DNA of 64,000 nucleotides, taken from assembly GCA_010909165.1 (NCBI GenBank), contig MU008155.1:1550001-1614000 (forward strand). Direction: 5' to 3'. The notes beneath the pieces were generated by a model. The model was not told the origin of the DNA, searched no databases, and saw only the letters and a list, made by a program, of their open reading frames with translations. This document shows, piece after piece, positions 46,913-57,482 of the stretch. How positions within the stretch are numbered: position 1 is the stretch's first letter; every line of letters starts with the position of its first letter. The stretch is from Anthoceros angustus. Lineage: Eukaryota; Plantae; Anthocerotophyta. A program made the position numbers and the translations under genes.

Positions 46913-48112
46913 TCAGTCGTACTTGACATGCTTCTGCGCGCTGTGGTGCGGGATGGAGTGCCATGTCTCGCACTCGATCCCGCCAGGGCAGCGGCGGTAG
47001 AAGCGCGCGTGCTGCGTCCCGAAGCGGATCAGCGCCGTCTCGGCGTCGCGGACATCCAGGCCCCCGCGGGCCGCGAGGCCCCGGAGCGACAGCAGGATCG
47101 AGGACGGCGCCTCCTCCGAGTGCAGGAGCTTGAGATGCCGGAGCGCGCTGAGGGCCCGGGTGCCCAGCTCCGGGGCCGCGCCCGCCCACAGGCCTCTGAG
47201 CTCGCGGAGGAAGACCCCCGCGGTGCTCGGCCCCACGCCGTAGATTTGGCCCACGCTCTCCAGCAGCTCGTCGTAGGTGGGCACGTCCTTGAGCGCGGTG
47301 ATGCGCCCGCCCAGCTGGGCCTGCAGGCTCTGCGCCAGCTTTTGCAGCCGGGAGGATAATCTCCGGTTGTAGACATCCGGTTCCTCCAGGCTCTCCAGGA
47401 GTTGCGTCAGACGGCGTTCCTCCACGCCCAGCACGTCCGCCGGAGTCCGGATCCCGCCTTCTTCCAGCCGACGCAGGAGCGAGGCCGAGGGGTGGAAGCT
47501 GGAGCGGCGGTTGAAGAGCACCGACGCCAGGAACCAGCGCTCCACCTCCTCCTCGCTCCGGTCCACCTCGATGCCCAGCTCCCGGGAGTAGCGTCCCCCG
47601 TACTTGTCCACCAGCTGCTGCAGCACCTTGGCGGCCTCGTCTGCGTTCAGCGGCTCCTGCGCCCCGGCCCCGCTTGCGCCGTGGTAGAAGACGACGCAGC
47701 TGTCTGCGTCGTCCGTGTTGCCTTGCTCCGGGCCGCTGCCCAGCACCGAGTCGTCTCCTTCCCCCATCGCCTCTAGATCTGGGTCCGCGCCGTGGTAGCC
47801 GCTGCCGGGGGATCCCAGCGCTTCTCCCTCCTGTGCATGCGGGGATGCTAAGCAAGGCACGCCCGTGTGGTGGCTCAGAACCTGCATGCTCCGCTCCACC
47901 TTCTGCAGGCGGATGCGGACAGGCTTCCGGGCCCCGGGGCTGCCGCTGTCTTCAGATCCGTCTACGTGCTCGTGCTCAGGCTTCTCTTCCCGCGCTGTCC
48001 TCTGAGCCTTGTTGCTCCCCGCCCGCCACGGCTGCAGCTGCAGCTGCCTCGCCCGCGCCGGCCTGTTCCGAGCTGTTATCCCGCTCCCGAGCCGGCGCCC
48101 CTTCGGATCCAT
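46913..48112 (-). CDS. Protein with a C-terminal prokaryote-type HhH-GPD (endonuclease III-related) domain; true start possibly 48338
   Basis: Continuous ORF. The domain from ~47614 reads LVDKYGGRYSRELGIEV..SEEEVERWFLASVLF, GIRTPADVL, HhH motif IYGVGPSTAGVFLRELRGLW...P, DVRDAETALIR, CPGG.EC. From memory this matches the archaeal/bacterial HhH-GPD-like family (..YSEELGI..WFLA..LFG..I; GIGP.T..IFLRELR..W). Confidence 0.75.
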   Translation of the reverse strand: MDPKGRRLGSGITARNRPARARQLQLQPWRAGSNKAQRTAREEKPEHEHVDGSEDSGSPGARKPVRIRLQKVERSMQVLSHHTGVPCLASPHAQEGEALGSPGSGYHGADPDLEAMGEGDDSVLGSGPEQGNTDDADSCVVFYHGASGAGAQEPLNADEAAKVLQQLVDKYGGRYSRELGIEVDRSEEEVERWFLASVLFNRRSSFHPSASLLRRLEEGGIRTPADVLGVEERRLTQLLESLEEPDVYNRRLSSRLQKLAQSLQAQLGGRITALKDVPTYDELLESVGQIYGVGPSTAGVFLRELRGLWAGAAPELGTRALSALRHLKLLHSEEAPSSILLSLRGLAARGGLDVRDAETALIRFGTQHARFYRRCPGGIECETWHSIPHHSAQKHVKYD

Positions 48113-49956
48113 GACCGCGAGCGGAGGATGGCCCGAGTCCTCCCGCCTCGGCGTCTGATGCCGCGAGGCGCAACGGGCCGTACATGTAGCTTTCCGAGAA
48201 GAGGAAGTCCTTGATGCTCCTCGCCAGCGCACAGATGCGCGTCTTCATTCCTTGCGGCGCCTTCCTCCCCCGCTTCCTCACGGAAGTCCTCGCCGCCGAT
48301 TTCCTGCCTCTTTTGCTGTGCGGCCGTGCATTTCCCATGGTGGGTGTCCGGCGCGAGGGGCAGGAGCCTCACGCTTTCTCCGACCCCGGGGTCTGCCTCT
48401 GCCGGCTCGATTTCGTCGCCAGCCCTGACAAGCAGTGTGTAGGGTGGGGGACAGGTGTCACCGCCGCTCTCGGAGGCGCAGACGCAACTGCAGCTAAGTG
48501 TGTCACGCCTGGTGCGTCATCCGCTTCAAGTTCAGCCGATTGCGGCGGACGAGAACTAGGAACGAGCTGGCAGAACATCCAGCACCGGCGACGGAGATCT
48601 TCGTGTGCAGGTTTCTGCTGCAATTGCAAGCAGCGGCCTGAATGGCTTCGGCTTCTGGGCCGGAGCCTCGGCCTAGGATCCACCTCTCCCAACTTAGGCC
48701 TTCAGTGCAGGCACCATTCGCGAGACCTAGACACACACACATTCCCTTGACAAAGGGATTCTCGGAGGGATAAGGAAGGCTGCACACTTCTCGGTCCCAA
48801 TGTTTTGTCTGGTACCAGAACAGGGCTCTTCAACTGCGACATGCAGCATTGCGCACTTGGACTGAGGTCCGATCGCAGCCTGCAGGCATTTGCAGGGCGG
48901 TGCTAGCTAAGCTCCAGGTTATTAAAGCTTGAGCATTCCGAGGCAATGTTTTTGTTAGGGCCAGGGTTTCTCAACGTTTCTCTGGTGTTTAGAAGTAGCC
49001 ATGAATGCTTGTGCGTGTGTAGCCGAGCATCCAGGCCTTGTGTCCCTACGCCCACTGTCTTGGCTGCCAGCCACCCTTCCTGGCGCTGGAGCCAACAACC
49101 CTCCGTGTGTCCGTACCATAACATTGCCTTCAGTGCAGGAGCGACTGATCTGAGTGAACGCCTGAACGCCAACGCTGATCGTTTCTGTTTCTTTTGTAGT
49201 CCTCGCTGCCGTGAACTGTAGCATTCAGTTCTTGCTGTACTGACCTGGAGAGTCTCCAGTATGAACTGCGAATGTCCACATGTTTTAGCCAGTGATGTGC
49301 ACCTGCGGGCCCCTCCCAGTATGCCCATGCATCTGTGTCCGCTACAGTATTTCTGCCAGATCCAGGTAGAGCCAGGAGCCAGTGTATGGGACAGTAACCT
49401 CACTCTCACCTTGCATATATGTGTGTTTGTGCAAATGTGTGTAGGCCCGTTAAGTCTGAGCAACTTTAACACTTATCAATCCTTAACTAACACAAGAGAT
49501 GCCACCCACATTGTTACTTGACACTTGTCTTCCACTCAACTCTTGAAATTCAACAATCTACGTCAAAAGAGTCTACACATGGCCAAGCAATATGAGAAAC
49601 TGAGCAAAGTGTAGTTCTTCTTGGCAGAGGGCTTTTTATCATCTTGGGTCCCTTGTTTCGCACTCGGCATTATATTACCATATCATTTTGGTACCCTCCA
49701 GGACTTGTGTATCTACTCATGTTTATGTTGTTCCCCCTTTTTCTCGGGGTAGATGGGATTTCCCATCTCTTTTCTTTTACATAATGTCTCTACAACATAT
49801 TCAATTAGCTTGTTTGGAAAACTAAGGCTTGTTTGGGGGAGGTCTATACTTAGTTCTACATAGGTAGATATTTGAATAAAATTTAAAATTTGATAAAACT
49901 ATTTTTAATAAAATATAAAAATATAAAAATATAAATATAGATGTTGAATCTTTTTT

Positions 49957-50602
49957 TCAAGAAATAATTATTCTAGTATTATCATGTTGAACCACCCCTT
50001 TTGGTGTGGTAATAAATTGAAGTAGTATCCCCTTATTTTTTGACAAATGAAGAAACGTCATACTACAAGGAAGAGGGAGACCAACCCCATTCTTGCGAGA
50101 GTGGTAAGCCTTCGCATAGGCCTTCATGAACCTGGGGAAATCCTTGCCCATGGCCCCATGAGTCTAGATTGCAAGGGGGATGATGGTGTGGCCATTCTAC
50201 ACGGAAGAGTACTTGTGGATCTTCGTTGTCGCACATCCCTCCGCCGCCCACACCGGGGCTGAGAATAATATGCTCGTAGACAATATCCCACGTAGGGTCT
50301 GTTACAGCCACATCAGCAACATAAACGTAGTCCCCCCAAGTCAAAAGCAGATCAGCCCTGAGAGAAGCACTGTTGAGCATAGTATATGAGCCCTCTCTAT
50401 AGGGAAAGAACCCACTCTCCTTAGACATCGAGAATAAGACGTCCAGGACGGCATCATGCATAGCAATGTGCTGCCCGCCAATGAAACAACAAGCCACGTG
50501 GGTCCCAAAGTCGTTGAGGGGGGTCCCACAGCTGAATGTTGAAAGAGAATAGGCCAAAGGTTGGACCAAACCCAGACGGAACCTCATTGTGGTAGAAAAC
50601 AT
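49957..50602 (-). mobile_element. 3' fragment of a non-LTR retrotransposon with restriction-like endonuclease (CRE-like clade)
   Basis: RFRLGL...CG..L..FG.H...C..GG....HD.V.D.L (zinc knuckle), then RADLLL..VADVAVTDP and, after a frameshift, KIHKY and PLAI(*=E)THG.MG..F. This is the PD..D..K endonuclease pattern, with stops. Confidence 0.7.
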
Positions 50603-50684
50603 TGTTGGTGCGATGCATAAAGCTTGGATATAACCTCTAGTTTCTAAAACAAGCTAGTTTCCTAAAAAAGCCTATACGTATGGG

Positions 50685-50860
50685 TATAGATTAAGTACAT
50701 CTTGGCCCAAGCCTTCCACGATGTATCCTGCATTCATAGTGTTGTTTTGACAGTCCGGTTGGCCATATTGTTAGATACTCTAAGAGCATTCTTCAGGCTC
50801 TCACACTTTGCGTACATGTGAACTAGAACATTCCCAATGGTGGGCATATCTAGGTGCAGG
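50685..50860 (-). pseudogene. PLS-class PPR gene fragment
   Basis: IGNVLVHMYAKCESLKNALRV.NNM.NR.V, then a frameshift to AGYIVEGLGQDVLNLY. This matches the PPR consensus GNALVDMYAKCGSLEDA..VF..M / AGYAQHG.G.EAL.LF. Confidence 0.65.
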
Positions 50861-51379
50861 TCATTGCAGCATTCTCGATCTCCTAATCCCAGCATGCTCG
50901 ACCTCCCAACCCTTACTCGCTTGCCCCTTTTTTTTCCTGGTTTTCCACATCTGGCCTGGATAATTTTCTCCACATTTAGTGTTTTCAGCATAATAATTTC
51001 TTGATTTTTAAAATTATTAATATTAACTAATCAACACCAAACCATCCCTTAGGGTACAATAGCAGATCTTCAACCGACGTATCTTCATTTATTGAAAAAT
51101 AAGGAGCACTACTTCAATTTATGTGCTCAAAATTGGCAGTACCTATTCAATCTGAGGTTTTTTCATTTGTTAGAGATTCTGGTTGTGTTTCTATATAAGG
51201 AAGCAATTCTTCATGGTCTGAATCAAAATCTTCAATCTTGCGTTTTACTTTGCCGAGGATGATAAAATGCTGGAAAAAGTTTTAGTCATTGTTTCAAAGT
51301 AAGGGACCACTCCTTCCAGTTCTGTGGTGAAAATTACCCAAAGATATTTAAGGTCAAGGACAAGCTCTTCTAAGTAAGC

Positions 51380-51720
51380 TCTTCACAATTCTCACAAACA
51401 CAAGTCATAGAGTGGAATGCCATACCCTTTAAGTCCTTGCTCTAGCCCTTATACATCCCGAAGACTGGCCTCAACAAGGCAACTGCTATCCTTGTGAATT
51501 TCTTGCATACCACTTATCATTAGGAGTCCTCTCTAGGCAGCTGTTATCCCCGTGAATTTCTTGCATACCACTTATCATTAAGAGTCCTCTCTAGGTAGCT
51601 CTTCTGTAATGCCTGCGGCAATTCCTATCTATTCGGAGATTGTAAGAAGCATGCAACTCCATGCAGCTTCTTAACAAGGTAGCTCCTAATTAGCTTATTT
51701 ACTCATTTCAACTCTTATTT
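51380..51720. repeat. Degenerate LTR-like repeat related to 55980-56250, containing an internal ~58-bp tandem duplication
   Basis: Shared blocks TGCTCTAGCCCTTATA.ATCCC, ATCATTAAGAGTCCTCTCTA and GAAGCATGCAAC occur in both regions in the same order. Confidence 0.55.
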
Positions 51721-52869
51721 CACCAATGTCTATTACTCTCTCCCTCGCTCAGATAATGTCACAGTCCTCAATGACCTCTACTGTAACGTGAGATCATCCA
51801 TGATCCTTGTTGCACATCTTGACGTGAAACCCATACAGGATCTGCAAAACCCTCAAAGCCATACCAAATACTCTGATTTAGATCCTATATTAGTAAGTAC
51901 ATACTTCTATTCCAAATTCCAAATAGTAAGTACGTACTTGTATCTAGTCTAGATCCTGAATTGGTAAGTTCATACTTCTAGTCCAAATCCCAAATAGTAA
52001 GGACACTAACCAAGCCTTCCAAAAGGTCAAGGGGACCATCGATGAGGTCTAAGTTAACAAGGCGCTGGATTCGTCGTTTAGTAGCCGGGATCAAGAGCGT
52101 GGATAAATTGTGCTGATCGTTGAACTCATTCAATTGTGTGATCTGAACTAGGTTGACACAGAACATCTTCAGTTTGTTGTTTTATGAATTCAATGACTTC
52201 TTTCATTCATACACGCGCAAGCCACCACCTTGTTTGAATTGTGCCACCACGAGCTAGCTTAACTCGCAAACATGTTTCCTAATATGATGTCCGAGCTGGG
52301 CTTTTGGCAAGAGCAATCTCCAGCCAAAGATACATAGATAAATAGACAGCTAGATTCTTTTACATGTTGCAAATCTCGCACGAGAGAAACCAGCGTGCCC
52401 TACAAGTAATCCCTAGTGTAAATCGTTTTGGTCATGGACCTCTTCGTGGGCATGCTTACCCTGAGGGCGCTCACAGCGGAACAACTCTTCGAGCCAAAAC
52501 AACACGAGATTGGGTCTTTGAAGCATTCTCAAAGTCGATGAGAATTTGACCCTTAGCAGCTGGTCTTATTTCTTCTGAACCACTAGATCTTTTGTAGACG
52601 TCACATATGACGAGACTTTATAAAGAAAAAAGTATACTTCAAATCCCAGTGCGAGAATAAGGAGCAGACCCGGCATAGCTGGGGAGCACATAATGGTCTG
52701 TTTAGACTTTTTTGCCAAGCTTAAAGATAACAACTCTTTGTTTGTTTGATGTTTTACTCTATAATTTGAGAAAGATAAAAGATTCATAAAAGTTTTTGAG
52801 GTAGTCTAAGCTTAATTATTGCTCATGCTCTAGGTAATTAATTTATAACTTGAAAGTTCTGAAGTGAGA

Positions 52870-53362
52870 TAAAACATATAGAGGTAATAGGTTATTTACT
52901 CTCAAAATGTACTACCTATCTTCTATTGTTTGCTGGCCACAAATTTGGAATATGAAATGCCACTCCAAGAAAAGTCTTTCAATTTTTTCATCAAGCATAC
53001 AAGGCACACTTGAAAAGAGTTGGCATGGTGAGACTTCTAGTATTTGGCATCATAATAAAATGAACTTGACCATATATAATATGATATGAAGCACATTTGA
53101 TTGTGTTTTGTAGATCGAAGTATAGTGGTAATAGGTTATTTAGTCTCAAAATATGTTACCTATCTTCTATTTTTTGCTGGCCACAAGGTTGGAATATAAA
53201 ATGGCACTCCAGGAAAAGTCTTCCAAATCTTTCATAAAAGCATACAAGGCACATTTGAAAAGAGCAGGCGTGGTGAGGCTTCTAACATTGCGCATCATAA
53301 TAAAATGGACGTGACCATATATAATATAATATGAAGCACATTTGATTGTGTTTTGTAGATCC
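52870..53362. repeat. Diverged ~245-bp tandem duplication with transposase-like coding vestige on the minus strand
   Basis: Two aligned copies (52870-53115 and 53120-53362). The minus frame reads DLQNTIKCA...YGHVHFIMM..VRSL.TP.LFKCAL.AF.KD.E.FSW. Confidence 0.6.
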
Positions 53363-55729
53363 AAGTATCATCATGGTTGGATCTTGTAACACCACCACAG
53401 AATATGCACCAATATTACTATAAAGCAAAGTGTAGTAAGAGAGCTTACTTACTAAATCCTTTCCATAAATACTTTGAGTATATCAAAACATATAATTTGG
53501 GAAAGACGTATATGAAAGCATACATATCTTAGTATAAAAACACTTGTATATCTTTTGATATGATAGGTGAAATATTTTTCAAAAGAACGGGATACAAAGT
53601 GAACGAGTTATACTACACAACAAATTTTTGAGAAAATATATTTCTAATATTTATCTAGCGAACTAAGAATTTATATGACCTATGTGAAGGCCATTTTTTC
53701 TTTATTAAATTTCTTGAAGAAAAATGAGTAATGCAAAGTGCATTATGAAGAGGATTGCTTGGTGCTTTATGTTTTTGTGACAACAAAAATCATTCAAAAA
53801 ATATTTTTCTTCTTAACTTTATCTTGCCAGCGATATATATACCCAAGAACATGAGTGGAAGCTGCATTCATGATGATTAGGCCATTCATGCATTACCTTC
53901 AAGATGATGGGGGGATTAGGAACTTCTTAGGACAAGAATTATTGACCACTAGAAAGTACAACAACATATGGAGTAAAAAGTTTTAGAAAAACTTTTTCAA
54001 TTCTTCTTGCCAATGTGGGGAAAAAGTTAGCATTTATTATTAATACATATAGTCAAATTGATATCCTTACTGATCCAATAAAAACTTTATATACATGTGT
54101 GATATTCATGTTTATAAAATACAACATATTCTCATGTAAAATAATATCAAGTAGTGAAATCTCAATAACTACTTGAAATTTATTCAATAGGATGGAAGCA
54201 ATGGTATGGCAATGTTTGAATTAGAGAATAAATAATAGTTTGAATAAAATCTGATCTTTTATCCAATTATATACCTACTAGAAGTGTGACACAATTGTTT
54301 CAAAGATATAAATTTTATAAATATCTACTTTGTAAACATAAAATAAAAATATATAACCTATGTATATAATAAAATTCAATAAGGACATGATAATAGTCAA
54401 AAGTATGTATTGTTGTTAAAATGGATAAATATTTTATGGAAATATAAATATAAAAAATATATTGTATGAAAGAATTCTTATTAAGTTGTGAGGTCTTGTT
54501 TACCAAAATGGAATACTTAGTACTCTAAGTTATTTGTGCACAATGTCTTATACAAGAGAAACCACAATACCTCATAATAGTAAGAACCCACGCTTGCAGT
54601 CTTTTCTTATAAGTTTTACATCTTGTCATATCTAAGCTCTCCTCCTACACTATGCACAAAGATGTGACGATTAGTCCTCTAAGGAGGGATCCTTGGTCAG
54701 TGGGTTTGACTAGAACCCAAGAGGCGATTAACCATGACTTATGGTGTATAATCTCATATCTACCTAATACACCATATGATAAAACCCTTAACCCTAATGA
54801 AGATCACTATGTAGTGATCCCTGTTGATTCCTAACTAACGAAGATAAATGAACCTAATCTAAAAGATATCATGATTATGCAAATGAAGAGTGACTAAATT
54901 TTAGAATAGTTAAGTTGATGGGCAAGATGTATGCATTGCTCTTCAAAGGGCTTTGGTAGGTGGGGATATTCATAAAAACGGGTAATGTGGTAATGTAAAA
55001 TAGGTATTCTATAATCATTAATAATAATAAAATATTTTTACCTTCCTTACATGATAGTGTAGACGAACGAGTTCATTATCTCTGATCTACATGTGGAACA
55101 TCCCAGACTTGACAATGCAGAACATACGATTCCACACCACGTAAAGCAAGAGTATGAGAAGAGGAAGGAACAACATGCAAAAGAGGAAGGAATGACATGC
55201 GAGCCATTACTAAGGAAAGAGAAGATGGGTAAACCCATCTACTAAAGAACGTCGAAGGGAGAAGAGGAAGGAACAAGCAGAAGAGGAAGGAATAACATGT
55301 GAGCGATTACTAAGGAAAGAGGAAATGGGTAAACCCATCTACTAAGAAACATCAAAGGGAGACCCCATGGGTCACAATAAAGAAAGAGCAAATAATCTCC
55401 TACAAAGTCATAACTAGGGAGATTGAATGGCCAGCATATTATTATTGAACTAGTCGAGGATGAGATTGAATGGTCTGCATATTATTGAACTAGTCCAGAA
55501 TGCATCTCCAGCATTAGCTCGTGTCTGTAAGATAGCCCCTGCAAGTGCAACCTATTTAAGTACGATGGTACTTTGTTTTCAATATGGGTTTTGACTAGGT
55601 GTAAACCTATGAAAAGAATACCTATGAAAACCTATTTAAATAACACCCCTCACTGTGCAGCTAGTAAGGAAGCGACAAGTGCTGGCTTCCCATCGGTCTA
55701 GGACCTAGCCAATTCACTCCACAAGAGAC

Positions 55730-55805
55730 TTGCACGATTCTCAGCGCTCTCAACCTCACAACACACTTGCACGATTCTCAGCGCTCTCAACCTCACAACA
55801 CAGCA
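55730..55805. repeat. 37-bp tandem duplication
   Basis: TTGCACGATTCTCAGCGCTCTCAACCTCACAACACAC occurs twice. Confidence 0.85.
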
Positions 55806-56204
55806 CTAGGCTCCAAGTATCCCGCCGTCCACTCACGACTCGCAGGCCACCTCCTCAAGGTGCTACTCTTTATTGCAAGAATACAACAATGGAATCTGGC
55901 TATCTACGCCCAATTGGCTACTGCCCTTGATTCCATGACAAGCTCACTAGCTAGCTCTCCACAGCTCTCTCAACACAAGGCTTGCAGCGCACACTTACCT
56001 GCTCTCTCTCAAGGAGTGAGTAATTTGTTCCTCAAAGCCCTTGCTCTAGCCCTTATATATCCCGCAGCCTCACCTCAACTAGGCAGTTGTTTAAATCTAG
56101 GGATTCTTACATACCACTGATCATTAAGAGTCCTCTCTAAGCAGCTCTTCCTCCTTAACAGGAGATTGCATGAAGCATGCAACACATGCATCTTCTTAAC
56201 AGGG

Positions 56205-56450
56205 CAGCTACTACCTCAGCTTTTCAGCTCTTTCAACTTTTCACTTTTCTATCTTATTTCACAAATACCATTACTATTTATATCATATCGCCAAAAATAT
56301 AAAACTGAATAATAGGTACATATGTAACAGCTACTACCTTAGTTTTTTGACTCTTTCGATTTTTCACTTTTCTATCTTATTTCATCAGTACCGTTACTAT
56401 TTATATCATATCGCCAAAAATATAAAACTGAATAATAGGTACATATGTAC
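56205..56450. repeat. ~124-bp tandem duplication
   Basis: CAGCTACTACCT...TATCATATCGCCAAAAATATAAAACTGAATAATAGGTACATATGTA occurs twice. Confidence 0.85.
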
Positions 56451-57482
56451 CAGTATAATTACGAGCTCAACGAGGCAGTGTAGGTAGTACTGGGGTTATT
56501 AATGCGGTGGAGGTAGAGTAGGGCGGCGCTGGAAGACAATGTGCTTCTGTGGCCATCTGGCCGTGCCATGGCCTTTCCCGTGCGTTTTTCTATGCTGGCC
56601 ACGCGTTGTCGCCGCCAGCTTTCTCTGGAGAGCTCACCACCTGTCGTTGCCCTGATTTGTCAGCCCATAGCATCTTTGTTCTTGTGCTTTCATCTCCTGC
56701 TGTAATGCTGCATCTACAGGGATGGACGTCTTCCCGCGCGCGCCAAACAATTGTTTTGCTGGCCAGGGTCCGGCCTTGGAAACATTGCTACTGCTTCCTC
56801 CACCTCCCCCTACATTGTTTTCTAGGCGGATGAAATCCCCCCTGCAAGCATTTAGGAGGTAGACAACCTCAGCAGTGCTCCCACATTTCAGTATTCGTAT
56901 CTCAGCGGGACAAGTTGGGGCAGGAGAGTGGAAACAGGTTGCACACCGACGCCTTGTTGTCCACTCTTTGCTCGTGGAGCGTTGAGGAGGAGTGGGCGCC
57001 GTTGAATTCTGCAACTGAGGGTATCGCACGTGAGTTTTCCATCCCTTTGGGGGTGTCACTTCAGTTATTTAAGAAACATCTGGGAAGATCCGCACATGCA
57101 TTCCTGTTTGGAGACACAGCCCCGTGTCCGAGGCGCATGCAGAGCTCCATGATCAGTTGGGGACAGTGCGGTCTAGTCTTCGCTGGGAACAATGTGAGCA
57201 CTGGAATTGCACCATTTTTAGTTGACATCTGGATCGCGAACGAGGAATGCTGCCAGGGAACTCGTCTTGAAGACCCTCGGAGCACAGCAATTGTTGGCCT
57301 ACGATCATCTCCCCTTACAGTTAAGGAAGCAGCAGAGGTATGATGATCTGTTAACAATGGAGGAGATGGAGCGACACAACCCCAAGTCGGATTTGGAGTC
57401 GCATGTTTTTGGTCTGTTACCTCCTCGGCGTCTTGCTGCATCTGCAAATTGAGAACTTACAATTCTGCGAATAGCAAGAACC

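Noticed and set aside
46908-47855. Alternative-frame ORFs (46908-47855 minus, 46577-47359 plus) over the HhH gene
   Set aside because: Stop-poor shadows caused by high GC; low-complexity G/R/A/P translation.
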